From Planctomycetota bacterium (GTDB lineage Bacteria; Planctomycetota; SZUA-567), in assembly GCA_016936955.1 (NCBI GenBank), contig JAFGWW010000082.1, positions 1 to 43,247 of the forward strand: a stretch of DNA of 43,247 bases, written 5' to 3'. This document shows, piece after piece, positions 32,755 to 41,233 of the stretch. A program made the position numbers and the translations under genes. The notes under the pieces are model-generated. The model had not been told where the DNA came from. It saw nothing but the letters and a program-made list of their open reading frames with translations, and searched no databases. Numbering within the stretch: position 1 is the stretch's first letter; every line of letters starts with the position of its first letter.

Positions 32755-35463
32755 TTATTTCTTGTTTACTCTTGCCGGTGCCGGTGGAGTTTGTGCGCTT
32801 GCCTCTTTCTCTTTCTTCTCTTCGGGCTTTTGCGGTTCCGGTTTCTTTTCTTCCGGCTTGGGCTGAACCGGGGCCGCATTTTCCTTCCACCTGATCTTGA
32901 GCGCCGTATGCACCTTGAAATCAGGAAGGTGAGTGGCAAGGGTGCCGGTGGCATCAGTAATGATGTCTTTCTTCTCAATTATCTCGCCGGTCCAGCAGTC
33001 CCATATTTCTACAGCGTATTTTCCGACCGGAACGTTCAGTACTTTCGCGGTTATTTTTGTATGTACTCGCCTGTCCTTGTCCTCTTTCGGAAGATGGACT
33101 ACCTGCTCCTTATCGTAGACGTAGACATAAAATATTTTCCCGTCTCCGAGGCAGAGGCCGTTCAGACGTTTCTGTGTACCCATCTTCCCGTCAAAATCCA
33201 TGGGCCACTGGCTGCGGAGTTGGGGCTCGTTCTTGCCCCGGCGTTTGTCCTCGCCTTCGATATATTTTGAGAGTGCCTTGAAAGCGGGGTAATGGTTGGC
33301 GAGAGCAAGATACTCAAACCACCAGTAATATGGAGTCCCGGCGGAGCGGCTCATCCAGCCCCACCAAAGCCCGGCATAAAGGTCGCCGTCCAGGCCTTCG
33401 ATAGAACTCGCGTTCCAGTCGCCGCCGAATTCGGTTATCTGGAAAGGCTTGTCGTAGCCGAGGCAGAAATTCTCTGTCCTTTGGAGCATGTTGAGAAGGG
33501 GATCCTTGTTGCTGTGGTAAGCGTCGCAAACGATATAGTCAATGAAAGGCAGGCGCACCATCTCCTGGTCTATATAGCTGTAGTCGCCGGAGTAATGGGT
33601 GGTTACCAGATGGCGGCCGTGGTCATACTTATCCAGCACGCCAGTCATTATCTTATGCCATTCGTGGACGTCATCGGAAGCGTAAACTTCGCGGCGGCGG
33701 CCGTAGAGGTTGCCTATAAGGTCAAGCTCGCTCCACATCTCGATGCCGTAGATATGTGTCGACCATCCCCAGCGCGCAGCGATGTAGCGGATTTTGTCCT
33801 TGTACGCTTCTCGCGCACGGTTGCTGCGGAAAAGATCTTTGGAATATTTGAGGAACCCGTTATCCCAACCGGCCCACGCCTGTTCGTCGCGAGCCCGTGA
33901 AGTGCTGTAAGGGGAGTGCTCCCACTCATGGTCAACCTGCCCGCCCTCGCGCTGGCCCGTAACCTTCTCCTGCGAGGCTTTGCCGTGGTTGTCGATTACA
34001 AGATGGATATAGATATCGTTCGCGGCGGAGCTGTTGACAAGGCTGTCGAGCTTCCACGCGTGTTCCATATTATAAACGCCGAGGCCATGGTAATTTTTCC
34101 AGCGCCCGGTCCACTCTATCCCGAGCCACCACGAAGACATCCACACCTCAAAAGCATTCACCCCCGCATTTTTCATTACGGGAAGAATATCTTCATAAAC
34201 GCGCAGCCCGCGGTCGACCGGGGCGGGCGTGCCTTTGTAATGCTTTTCTAGAATGGTTTTGACATGCCTCTCGTCCACGGGCGAACGCAGGCTGTGGCCC
34301 ACGGGGAAAAAGTAATCCCCGTTCTCGAATTCGAAGCAGCGCGGGTCCTTCTCCGAGATGCGGACAAAGCCGCGCTTCTCCGCCTCGGTTACGGTAAGGC
34401 TGCGCGGTTCGGTGCGGAGGGTTTCCAGCTTATGCACCACCGGCGAGCGATAACTGATGTCGAGATAATAAGTGTATTCACCGGCCAGCCTCGGAGTAAA
34501 CCTTACCTTGAATACTCCCGGCCCCTTGGGAATGTAAACGTCTTCAACCGTCCCCTCGCCGTTGTCATTGCCGAGGACGCGGTTGTAGTCCTGATAATAA
34601 AAAGCCGGGACCCTGATCTCCTCCCCGGCCGGGGATTTGAAGACCGCGTCAATGGTTACCTCTTTGCTGGAGAAAGGATTGAGGAGAGGGCGGTTGATAG
34701 AGAAGGTAAACTCCGCCTTTTCGTAACGGCCAACCGTGCTCTGGCCGGCATCGAAATCAACTACGCTGAGTTTCTGGAAATCGTCGTCCGTGGCGGGCCA
34801 GGTGGTGATGTTGTCCACATAAACGCTGCCCTTGAATTCCTTGTCGCCCTGAATCGCAAGGCCGAAAGCGACAACCTGCGAGAGGAAGAGGCGACTCCAG
34901 CGCATGGCGTGGCCTCGCGGGCGGAGGTCGGTGCTGTTTTCGGAGAGGTCTATCCTTATTGTATTCCACCCCGGATAAAGCGAGTTGGCCCGCACCCAGC
35001 CGCTCTCAACCCTGCGCATGCCGAGGCCCTCGAACCAGAGGCCGTCCTTGTTTTTCAGCAAGACCCTTGATTGGATACGCGCACCGGCTTGCAGATTTTC
35101 CGGAGGAATGTAAATCTGATACTGAAGGGTGTCGAGAATAAGCGCGGATTTTCCTGAGAAAGGATCGTGCACCACGAGGCGCTTGGGGTTTTCCCTCGAA
35201 CCGCGCCAGACTTTGGTGACCCCCGGGAAATCGCAGTTTACCTTGAGGCTGGTGCCGTGTTCCGCATCAACCGCGAAGGGCTCGGTATTGGCGCCGTCGG
35301 CGTAAAGCCACTCCGCGATACTATCCTCTTTCTCGAAATCACGGATAAACTTCGTGCGCCGTGAATCGCTGTCCCTATCGACCGGTGCCTGTTCTTCCCC
35401 GCAACGACAGAGGGCTGCAAAGAGCAGGAAGGAAAATATGAACATGGTTGCGAATCTTGTCAT
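32755..35463 (-). CDS. secreted multidomain glycoside hydrolase candidate (DUF5060-like Ig domain + clan GH-A TIM barrel)
   Basis: 902 aa. Signal peptide MTRFATMFIFSFLLFAALCRCG. The central VGRYEKAEFTFSINRPLLNPFSSKEVTIDAVFKSPAGEEIRVPAFYYQDY matches the DUF5060 pattern. It is followed by NAFEVWMSSWW...ITEFGGDW (TIM-barrel acid/nucleophile-like). The tail is a KPEEKK-type low-complexity stretch. Confidence 0.55.
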   Translation of the reverse strand: MTRFATMFIFSFLLFAALCRCGEEQAPVDRDSDSRRTKFIRDFEKEDSIAEWLYADGANTEPFAVDAEHGTSLKVNCDFPGVTKVWRGSRENPKRLVVHDPFSGKSALILDTLQYQIYIPPENLQAGARIQSRVLLKNKDGLWFEGLGMRRVESGWVRANSLYPGWNTIRIDLSENSTDLRPRGHAMRWSRLFLSQVVAFGLAIQGDKEFKGSVYVDNITTWPATDDDFQKLSVVDFDAGQSTVGRYEKAEFTFSINRPLLNPFSSKEVTIDAVFKSPAGEEIRVPAFYYQDYNRVLGNDNGEGTVEDVYIPKGPGVFKVRFTPRLAGEYTYYLDISYRSPVVHKLETLRTEPRSLTVTEAEKRGFVRISEKDPRCFEFENGDYFFPVGHSLRSPVDERHVKTILEKHYKGTPAPVDRGLRVYEDILPVMKNAGVNAFEVWMSSWWLGIEWTGRWKNYHGLGVYNMEHAWKLDSLVNSSAANDIYIHLVIDNHGKASQEKVTGQREGGQVDHEWEHSPYSTSRARDEQAWAGWDNGFLKYSKDLFRSNRAREAYKDKIRYIAARWGWSTHIYGIEMWSELDLIGNLYGRRREVYASDDVHEWHKIMTGVLDKYDHGRHLVTTHYSGDYSYIDQEMVRLPFIDYIVCDAYHSNKDPLLNMLQRTENFCLGYDKPFQITEFGGDWNASSIEGLDGDLYAGLWWGWMSRSAGTPYYWWFEYLALANHYPAFKALSKYIEGEDKRRGKNEPQLRSQWPMDFDGKMGTQKRLNGLCLGDGKIFYVYVYDKEQVVHLPKEDKDRRVHTKITAKVLNVPVGKYAVEIWDCWTGEIIEKKDIITDATGTLATHLPDFKVHTALKIRWKENAAPVQPKPEEKKPEPQKPEEKKEKEASAQTPPAPARVNKK

Positions 35464-35564
35464 GCCTGCTGCCTTATTGAGTATGCTTTGAAGATCTGAC
35501 CGATATCAAGCTCCGGGCCGACCTGTGCGGATGAAAATACTGCGCATGCGCCGCAAGAGCCATA

Positions 35565-37082
35565 TCAGCGCTTGGCGTGGTCGCTGGCCAGAATTATTAC
35601 CTGCTTCATCATCGCCTCTTCCCGCTCGTCTAGGCTCCGCTTCATCAGCACCTTCTTGCCCTTGCGGGTCCACTTCAGGCCGCAGCTCTTGGCAAGCTGG
35701 CCCACCACATATCCGGCTGGCTTGCCGGAGACGGAGAGGTTGACCGTAATATCCGGCACCTCGCCGCTCTCGAATTCGATCTCCGCCTGGGTGACCATGG
35801 TCACAAAATCTAGGACGGTGGAGAGGTTGGTCTCGGAGAATTCGCAGCGCAGGGGCTTCTTGAGATTGGCCGCAAGCTCCGCCGCGTCGGGATCGGTTAC
35901 GCTCTCGATCGCCCATACCTCGAAGACGAACTGGGGCACCAGAGTTTTCCTTTTGCGCAGCCGGCCGTAGAAGACGCATTCTGTTCCCGGCGTGAGGGCG
36001 GAGATCTGCTCGCTCATGGTGCCGTAGGGATATTTGGCGATCAGCTCCTCAAGATATGCGTGCTTGGTGCGGGCAAGCATATCGCGGTGGCGGGCGTCGG
36101 AGTTGTATGTCACTACCGCAACCTCCGGATGGCCGTCAGCCGAAAGCTTGACCGCGGTTGCCGCGGGCTGGGTCCATTTCGACTTGCCGTTGTACTCGCC
36201 CTTCACGGCGAGCCACATGCCGATATAATGGTCGAGATATACGCGGAGGTCGCGCATTGAAATGTCGATCGAGTTTGCGCGCAGGTTACTGGGGCGTTCG
36301 CGGTATACCCACGAGATGACCGGCTTGTCGGTGGCGATAAGGTCGTTAGCCGTGTTCTTGCCGCCGAGGGAGTTCACATATTCGGCGCGGACTTTTATGA
36401 TGTTGTCGATTATTTCGGTGCGGCCGATATCGCCGGGTACGTCCGGCTCTTCTTTTACAGTCTGGTCGAGGGCGCTCACGTAAGAGGAGATGGCCTCGTA
36501 ATAGCGTTTATCTTCCGCGAATTTCTTGCCCTTTTTCCACTCGCTCAAACGGCCTTCGCGCAGCTTGTCCTCCGCCATGCGCAAAACCTCGACCGCCTGC
36601 TCATGCTTGAGGCGGTTGGCAAGGTCGCTGTAGCAGATCACCGCCGTACGGTAATCTTTCTGCTGCATGGAGAGCTTGCCGAGCAGCATCCGCGCCTCAA
36701 GGAAGTGGGGACCCGCAATCTCGCAAGCTTCCATGTAAGTTTTGCGCGCCTCGTCGACAAGCTTGTTCTTCTCGCACCACTGCCCGAGCTTGATCAGGTT
36801 CTGCGCGTCTGTATCGGAAACTTTCTGGCGGAGTTTCTTGAACTGGCTCCGGGGGGTGATGCCCTCCTCCATGGAGAGGATGTCGACGCGGTTTATCTTC
36901 AGGGGGCCGATGGTGGATTTGATCTTGATCCATGAGGAGGACTCCTTGACGATAACGCCTTCGATAGTCCCGCCGTTCTTGGTTTTTATTACAACCCTCT
37001 TCTCTTCTTCCTCGCCTGAGCGCAAGGAGCAGGAGAAGATAAAAATCATGGCAATGGTGAGGTAAACAAGTCTGTCAATCAT
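35565..37082 (-). CDS. exported TPR-like protein with a C-terminal STN/secretin-N-like domain; last gene of the secretin cluster
   Basis: 505 aa. The N-terminal hydrophobic segment has a possible lipobox (IFIFSCS). Helical TPR-like repeats span residues 90-205. C-terminal residues 408-482, LRCEFSETNLSTVLDFVTMVTQAEIEFESGEVPDITVNLSVSGKPAGYVVGQLAKSCGLKWTRKGKKVLM, follow the same pattern as the secretin N-terminal domain. Confidence 0.5.
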   Translation of the reverse strand: MIDRLVYLTIAMIFIFSCSLRSGEEEEKRVVIKTKNGGTIEGVIVKESSSWIKIKSTIGPLKINRVDILSMEEGITPRSQFKKLRQKVSDTDAQNLIKLGQWCEKNKLVDEARKTYMEACEIAGPHFLEARMLLGKLSMQQKDYRTAVICYSDLANRLKHEQAVEVLRMAEDKLREGRLSEWKKGKKFAEDKRYYEAISSYVSALDQTVKEEPDVPGDIGRTEIIDNIIKVRAEYVNSLGGKNTANDLIATDKPVISWVYRERPSNLRANSIDISMRDLRVYLDHYIGMWLAVKGEYNGKSKWTQPAATAVKLSADGHPEVAVVTYNSDARHRDMLARTKHAYLEELIAKYPYGTMSEQISALTPGTECVFYGRLRKRKTLVPQFVFEVWAIESVTDPDAAELAANLKKPLRCEFSETNLSTVLDFVTMVTQAEIEFESGEVPDITVNLSVSGKPAGYVVGQLAKSCGLKWTRKGKKVLMKRSLDEREEAMMKQVIILASDHAKR

Positions 37083-37220
37083 GATCCAAGCTTTCGTAAT
37101 CCTATCCCGATGTACGGTTTAATTTCTGCAATGTGACGGCAAAACCAAAAATACCGCGCCGTAAAACCCGGCGTATTCAAAAACAATTCCCGGCCGCAAA
37201 AACCGGGACGACGTCGCTTT

Positions 37221-38171
37221 CTAAAATACCTCCCCGAGCTGTTTCATCAGGTCGGGATTTTTCTTCTTCAGTTCCTTTATCATTCTCTCAATTTCCGGGG
37301 CGCTCAGCTTCTCCTTACTGTCAGGCTTCGATGTATCCGGCACCTTCTCCGCGCCCTTGGGCTTTTTCAGCTTCTCAAGAAGATTGCCTGTATCCTCCTC
37401 CCCGAAAAACTTATCGAAGTCAAAGCTGTCGGCTGGCTCTTCACCCGCATCATCCGCCTCGTCGCGCAGAAGAGGCTTCCACTCGGTCATGGGGTCTTTG
37501 TCGACGCGGTAAAGCTCGCCGCCTTCGCGCTCGAAGGTGACGGAGGTCGGGGTGATCTCGACCACAACCACCGTCTCGTCCGGACTGGCCTTGAACTCAT
37601 CCCCCTCGCTCAATTCGTAATAAGGTCCGCCGTCGATGGAGCGCACGTGTATGCGGCGCTTGCCTTCGACGCTGCCCTTAATGATGGCCAGCACCTTGAG
37701 GGGGAAAGGCTTCTCCGCCTCTTTTGTATTGTCGTTACTGTTGTCGCCTTCCTTCGGAGTTTCCATCTTCGCAATAGGCTTGATCGGCAGCACCTCCTGC
37801 TTGATCGGCTTTACGTTATTATTCGGATTTGGCTTGGGTTGCGGCTTAGGCTTCCCGTTGTTTCCGTTATTGAACGCATTCTGCATCTGATTGTCATCGC
37901 TGGGCTTGACCGGGGTTCGCTTGGTCATGATAAGCTGGGGAAGGATGAAGGGGTCTTCCCGCTGGACAAAGGATTTTTGCAGCTCCCGCGCTTCATCAGG
38001 CACCTTGAAAATATCCGAGGGATTGAGCTTGGAACGCGCCGGGCGCTCCTCGATCTCGGCGGAGATGAGGGCGGGCGGGAAAGCGTAATAGTATACCGAG
38101 GCAGTCATCAGCATCGCCGACAACACCACGAATACACCGCGCTCGAATGTCCACCAACTCTCGTTCAGCAT
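37221..38171 (-). CDS. PilP/GspC-like inner-membrane-anchored protein (HR beta-domain)
   Basis: 316 aa. N-terminal TM VFVVLSAMLMTASVYYYAF and a P/N/K-rich linker. The beta-domain is LKVLAIIKGSVEGKRRIHVRSIDGGPYYELSEGDEFKASPDETVVVVEITPTSVTFEREGGELYRV, as in the PilP/GspC homology region. Acidic tail. Confidence 0.5.
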   Translation of the reverse strand: MLNESWWTFERGVFVVLSAMLMTASVYYYAFPPALISAEIEERPARSKLNPSDIFKVPDEARELQKSFVQREDPFILPQLIMTKRTPVKPSDDNQMQNAFNNGNNGKPKPQPKPNPNNNVKPIKQEVLPIKPIAKMETPKEGDNSNDNTKEAEKPFPLKVLAIIKGSVEGKRRIHVRSIDGGPYYELSEGDEFKASPDETVVVVEITPTSVTFEREGGELYRVDKDPMTEWKPLLRDEADDAGEEPADSFDFDKFFGEEDTGNLLEKLKKPKGAEKVPDTSKPDSKEKLSAPEIERMIKELKKKNPDLMKQLGEVF

Positions 38172-38197
38172 CTGTTAAAGCACCTCGGCTTCACGCC

Positions 38198-39130
38198 TCA
38201 ATGGGGTATAACCTTGATTACGGAATTGCCGTTGTTCTTGTTCTTCGTTTTATCCTCGCTCTTGGCCGGATCGGTAAGCATCTCGGCGGCGAGAACCAGT
38301 TTCACTTTATGGTAATGCCCGTACCAGCTCTCGAATTCCTTGAGCTTGTTCTTCTCGGCATACTGTTTGTTGTTGAGCTTCCTCGCCTGCCGTCCCTTGG
38401 GGCTGCTGTCAATCTCCAGCGCCTGAAGGACGAAATAATCCCCGCTCTTCGAGCACTTGTCAAGAAGGCTCAGAATCCCGGTCATCCTGATATTCAGTTC
38501 CACCTCGACCGGGAACTCGCGGATAAATTCCTGCACCTCTTCACCCTGCATCGGCGCCAGCGGTTTGATGGAAGTGATCGAGAGAATATTGCGCGTGCCG
38601 TCCTGCTCCTCGTGGATCGAGAGAAGAAGATCCATCACCCGGCGCAGGGTCACAAACTGTTTCATCCACAATTCGTCGCGCGACAAAGGTTCGGTGGTCT
38701 CCTCCGGGATCACCATCCCGAGGCCCAGCGTCTTGTCATCGAGCTTGATGTCGCGCTTGCTCTCCATCTCCTGCAGGAAATACTGCTTGAGCAGGTCATA
38801 CTGGTTGCGCACATAGACCTGGCGGTTGGGCATGTGGTCCGGCGGGATAAGGGCTTTGCTGAAATCGTAATTTAGTTTGGCCTTGAGCTCCTTGAGGCGC
38901 TCGGAGAGTTTTTCGTTCGATGTTTCAAGCACCTTCTCCAGCACCTGCACCTTTGTGCCCTGTTCGGGGCAGAAACTCTCGCGGCGTTTCTCGTTGTTCT
39001 TGAAGTCGGCCAGAGCGGATGCGGTCTCCGAGGCATTGCCGCGCATCAGGAAAAGCCAAAGGATAAAGAGCAGCCCCAGAAAGGCGCCGATCACAACGCA
39101 TATATCCCTGTGCCGTTCCCAGAAAGACAT
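38198..39130 (-). CDS. PilO/GspM-like bitopic protein
   Basis: 310 aa with the TM ICVVIGAFLGLLFILWLFL, a coiled coil and a ~200-aa periplasmic domain. Its ATG directly abuts the stop of the PilM-PilN gene. The assignment rests mainly on architecture and position. Confidence 0.4.
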   Translation of the reverse strand: MSFWERHRDICVVIGAFLGLLFILWLFLMRGNASETASALADFKNNEKRRESFCPEQGTKVQVLEKVLETSNEKLSERLKELKAKLNYDFSKALIPPDHMPNRQVYVRNQYDLLKQYFLQEMESKRDIKLDDKTLGLGMVIPEETTEPLSRDELWMKQFVTLRRVMDLLLSIHEEQDGTRNILSITSIKPLAPMQGEEVQEFIREFPVEVELNIRMTGILSLLDKCSKSGDYFVLQALEIDSSPKGRQARKLNNKQYAEKNKLKEFESWYGHYHKVKLVLAAEMLTDPAKSEDKTKNKNNGNSVIKVIPH

Positions 39131-40963
39131 TTATCCGTCCTTGTTGATCATACAGCGCATTACAAACGCGAGGGGCACGCCCCGTCTCTTGTTGACCTTG
39201 GCCTCGACCTCGCCCGTGTCATTCAGAATCTCGAAAGCCCCGGCATACTCCAGCGAATCCTCCTCGAGGATCTCGGTACGCCTGATAGTTACCTCGGTGA
39301 AAATCTTGCTGTCGCTGCCGAGAATATCGTTCTTGATCTTGATCAGGTCGTCGCGCGCCTCTTTCGGGCTCGAGCGCCCGAAGAGATAACCTTTAAGCTC
39401 CAGAAAGCTGTTGGTCTGGAAAGTGCCCACATCCCTGAGGCTGCGCTCGGCCACCACCTTGACCTTCTTCTCCTCCCCCTCCTCCTTGGCGATCTCCTCG
39501 TCCGGGATCTCTGCCGTGCTCATGGCGGTGTAGACCACATAGCTCGGGGTCTTGTTGCGCAACAACTCCAACGCCTTGAGCATGTTGATGCCGGAGCGGT
39601 GGCGCGCTTCGAGAGAGGCGACCTGCTCGGCGAGCTTGACGTTGAGCTGTTTCAGTTTGTCCGTCTGCTTATGCTCTTCCTCGGCGGCCTTGAGGTGCTG
39701 CTCCCATTTGTCCCGCCGCTCGGTTTCATAATTCGCTTCGCGGTTACCCCCCCCGTACCACGGGCAGCCCCCCACGCCCACAAGGATAAGAAGCATGAGG
39801 GCGACCACGGCGCTGTAATAGGTATATACCTTGCTGCGCCAGAACTCGCGCTGCTTCTTCACTTCCGGCGGGAGGAGGGAGACGTTGAACCCGTTTACCA
39901 GGCGGCCGAGGCCGAGGCCGATGGTGCCTGTAAAATGGTTCGAGCCGTCGCCGAGAAGAGCCGCTTCCGCCGACTTGCCCTTGAGGTCAACTATGTTATG
40001 CAGGTCGAGATACTCGACCTCGCACTTCACGCTCTCGGAGAGGGCTTCGGCAAAACCTTTGAGCCGCGAGCCACCGCCGGTAATAAAAACTTTGGTGAAC
40101 TGGAACTCGCCGACGTGGAACTGGTTTTTGAAATACCGTACCGAACCGTGGATCTGGCTGACCAGATTGCGCACCTCGGAACGGCACGCCTTCGCCACCT
40201 CGAGCTCCGATTCGTTGTGCAGTTCGTCGTCGGCCGGGTTGATATTGGCTTCGGTAAGCTTGTACTCCTCCGCCTCGGGATCGAGCAGGGCGAGGGCGGT
40301 CTGGATGCGCTGGGTAAACTGCCGCCCGCCGAAGGAGATGGTTCTGGCGTAAAGGAGGTTGTCGCCGTTCTGGATCGTGAGGTGCGTCTCCTCCGCCCCG
40401 ATATCAAGAAGGACGGAAAACTCCTCCTCCTTCCACTGGGGGGAGAGGCGGAAGGCGTTGTAAGCGCCCAGAGCCTGAAGGCCCACGTCGTCGAAATGAC
40501 CCGCCCCCTGACGGCAGATCTCAATGCGGTTATTGATAACCGGGATCTGGGCCAGAGTAAGGAACATGGGGAAGAGGCCTTCGCTGAACTCGGGAAGGTT
40601 CAGGATTCGATAATCGTAAGCCACCTCCGAACCGCCGGTAGCGCCGATCTGCTCTTCCACCTCGAAACCCATCAGCAGGCCCAACTTCCACGGCGGAACC
40701 ATGGGCACCGAAAGATACCGCATCATCGTGCCGCGGCCGGGGAGGCTTATGAGGGTGTAACCCATGGGGATGCCGTTGCGCTTGATGATCCGGTTGATAA
40801 CAGCGGCCACGGCGGTATTGAAATCGTCCGACTTCTTCTCGTGTTCCGTAAGCTGGGCCATGCCCGCACCGATAACCTCAAAACGGGCCTTGCGCATGCG
40901 AAGGCTTACCACCTTCACCACGCTCGAACCTACGTCTATTATTGTTATCGTTTTCGAGGCCAT
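39131..40963 (-). CDS. PilM-PilN fusion (actin-like ATPase-fold domain + INLLP-type motif + TM + periplasmic domain); GspL-like topology
   Basis: 610 aa. It has the PilM/FtsA-like ITIIDVGSSVVKVVSL, LLDIGAEETHLTI and VFITGGGSRLKGF. At residue ~361 comes VSLLPPEVKKQREFW (the PilN N-terminal INLLP-type motif), then the TM VYTYYSAVVALMLLILVGVGG, a coiled coil and a ~150-aa C-terminal domain. Confidence 0.75.
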   Translation of the reverse strand: MASKTITIIDVGSSVVKVVSLRMRKARFEVIGAGMAQLTEHEKKSDDFNTAVAAVINRIIKRNGIPMGYTLISLPGRGTMMRYLSVPMVPPWKLGLLMGFEVEEQIGATGGSEVAYDYRILNLPEFSEGLFPMFLTLAQIPVINNRIEICRQGAGHFDDVGLQALGAYNAFRLSPQWKEEEFSVLLDIGAEETHLTIQNGDNLLYARTISFGGRQFTQRIQTALALLDPEAEEYKLTEANINPADDELHNESELEVAKACRSEVRNLVSQIHGSVRYFKNQFHVGEFQFTKVFITGGGSRLKGFAEALSESVKCEVEYLDLHNIVDLKGKSAEAALLGDGSNHFTGTIGLGLGRLVNGFNVSLLPPEVKKQREFWRSKVYTYYSAVVALMLLILVGVGGCPWYGGGNREANYETERRDKWEQHLKAAEEEHKQTDKLKQLNVKLAEQVASLEARHRSGINMLKALELLRNKTPSYVVYTAMSTAEIPDEEIAKEEGEEKKVKVVAERSLRDVGTFQTNSFLELKGYLFGRSSPKEARDDLIKIKNDILGSDSKIFTEVTIRRTEILEEDSLEYAGAFEILNDTGEVEAKVNKRRGVPLAFVMRCMINKDG

Positions 40964-41233
40964 TGCGAATCTGTCCCAGTTCTACAAATCCATTTTTACA
41001 GACGTTCCATTATACGATCCGGTGTTACGGAAATCGAGATTTTATCCCGCCATCCAGCCCGTAATATGGAACCACGGTATTGGCGGCGAATCTTCCTGAG
41101 AAGGCTTGCGGAAAAGAACAATGGGGAAGGCTCGGACGCATCTTGCGCATACCCTCCCCACCTTTTCCCGATACCACAATAAAACCGACAAATCGCCGCG
41201 AAGGAATTGGGTCCCTTGCGCCGCGGTCGAGAT

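Noticed and set aside
37141-37220. Terminator between the PilP-like gene and the TPR/STN gene
   Set aside because: Two short GC hairpins with nearby T-runs exist on the minus strand, but the stems are imperfect and need bulges. I cannot decide whether the TPR gene is co-transcribed.
39110-41182. A very long (690-aa) plus-strand ORF with no stop codons
   Set aside because: It is the antisense shadow of the PilM-PilN gene and the following gap. The translation is R/L/G/A/H-rich and low in information, with no motif. The minus-strand frame carries clear PilM/PilN signatures. Long antisense ORFs are expected in GC-rich coding DNA.
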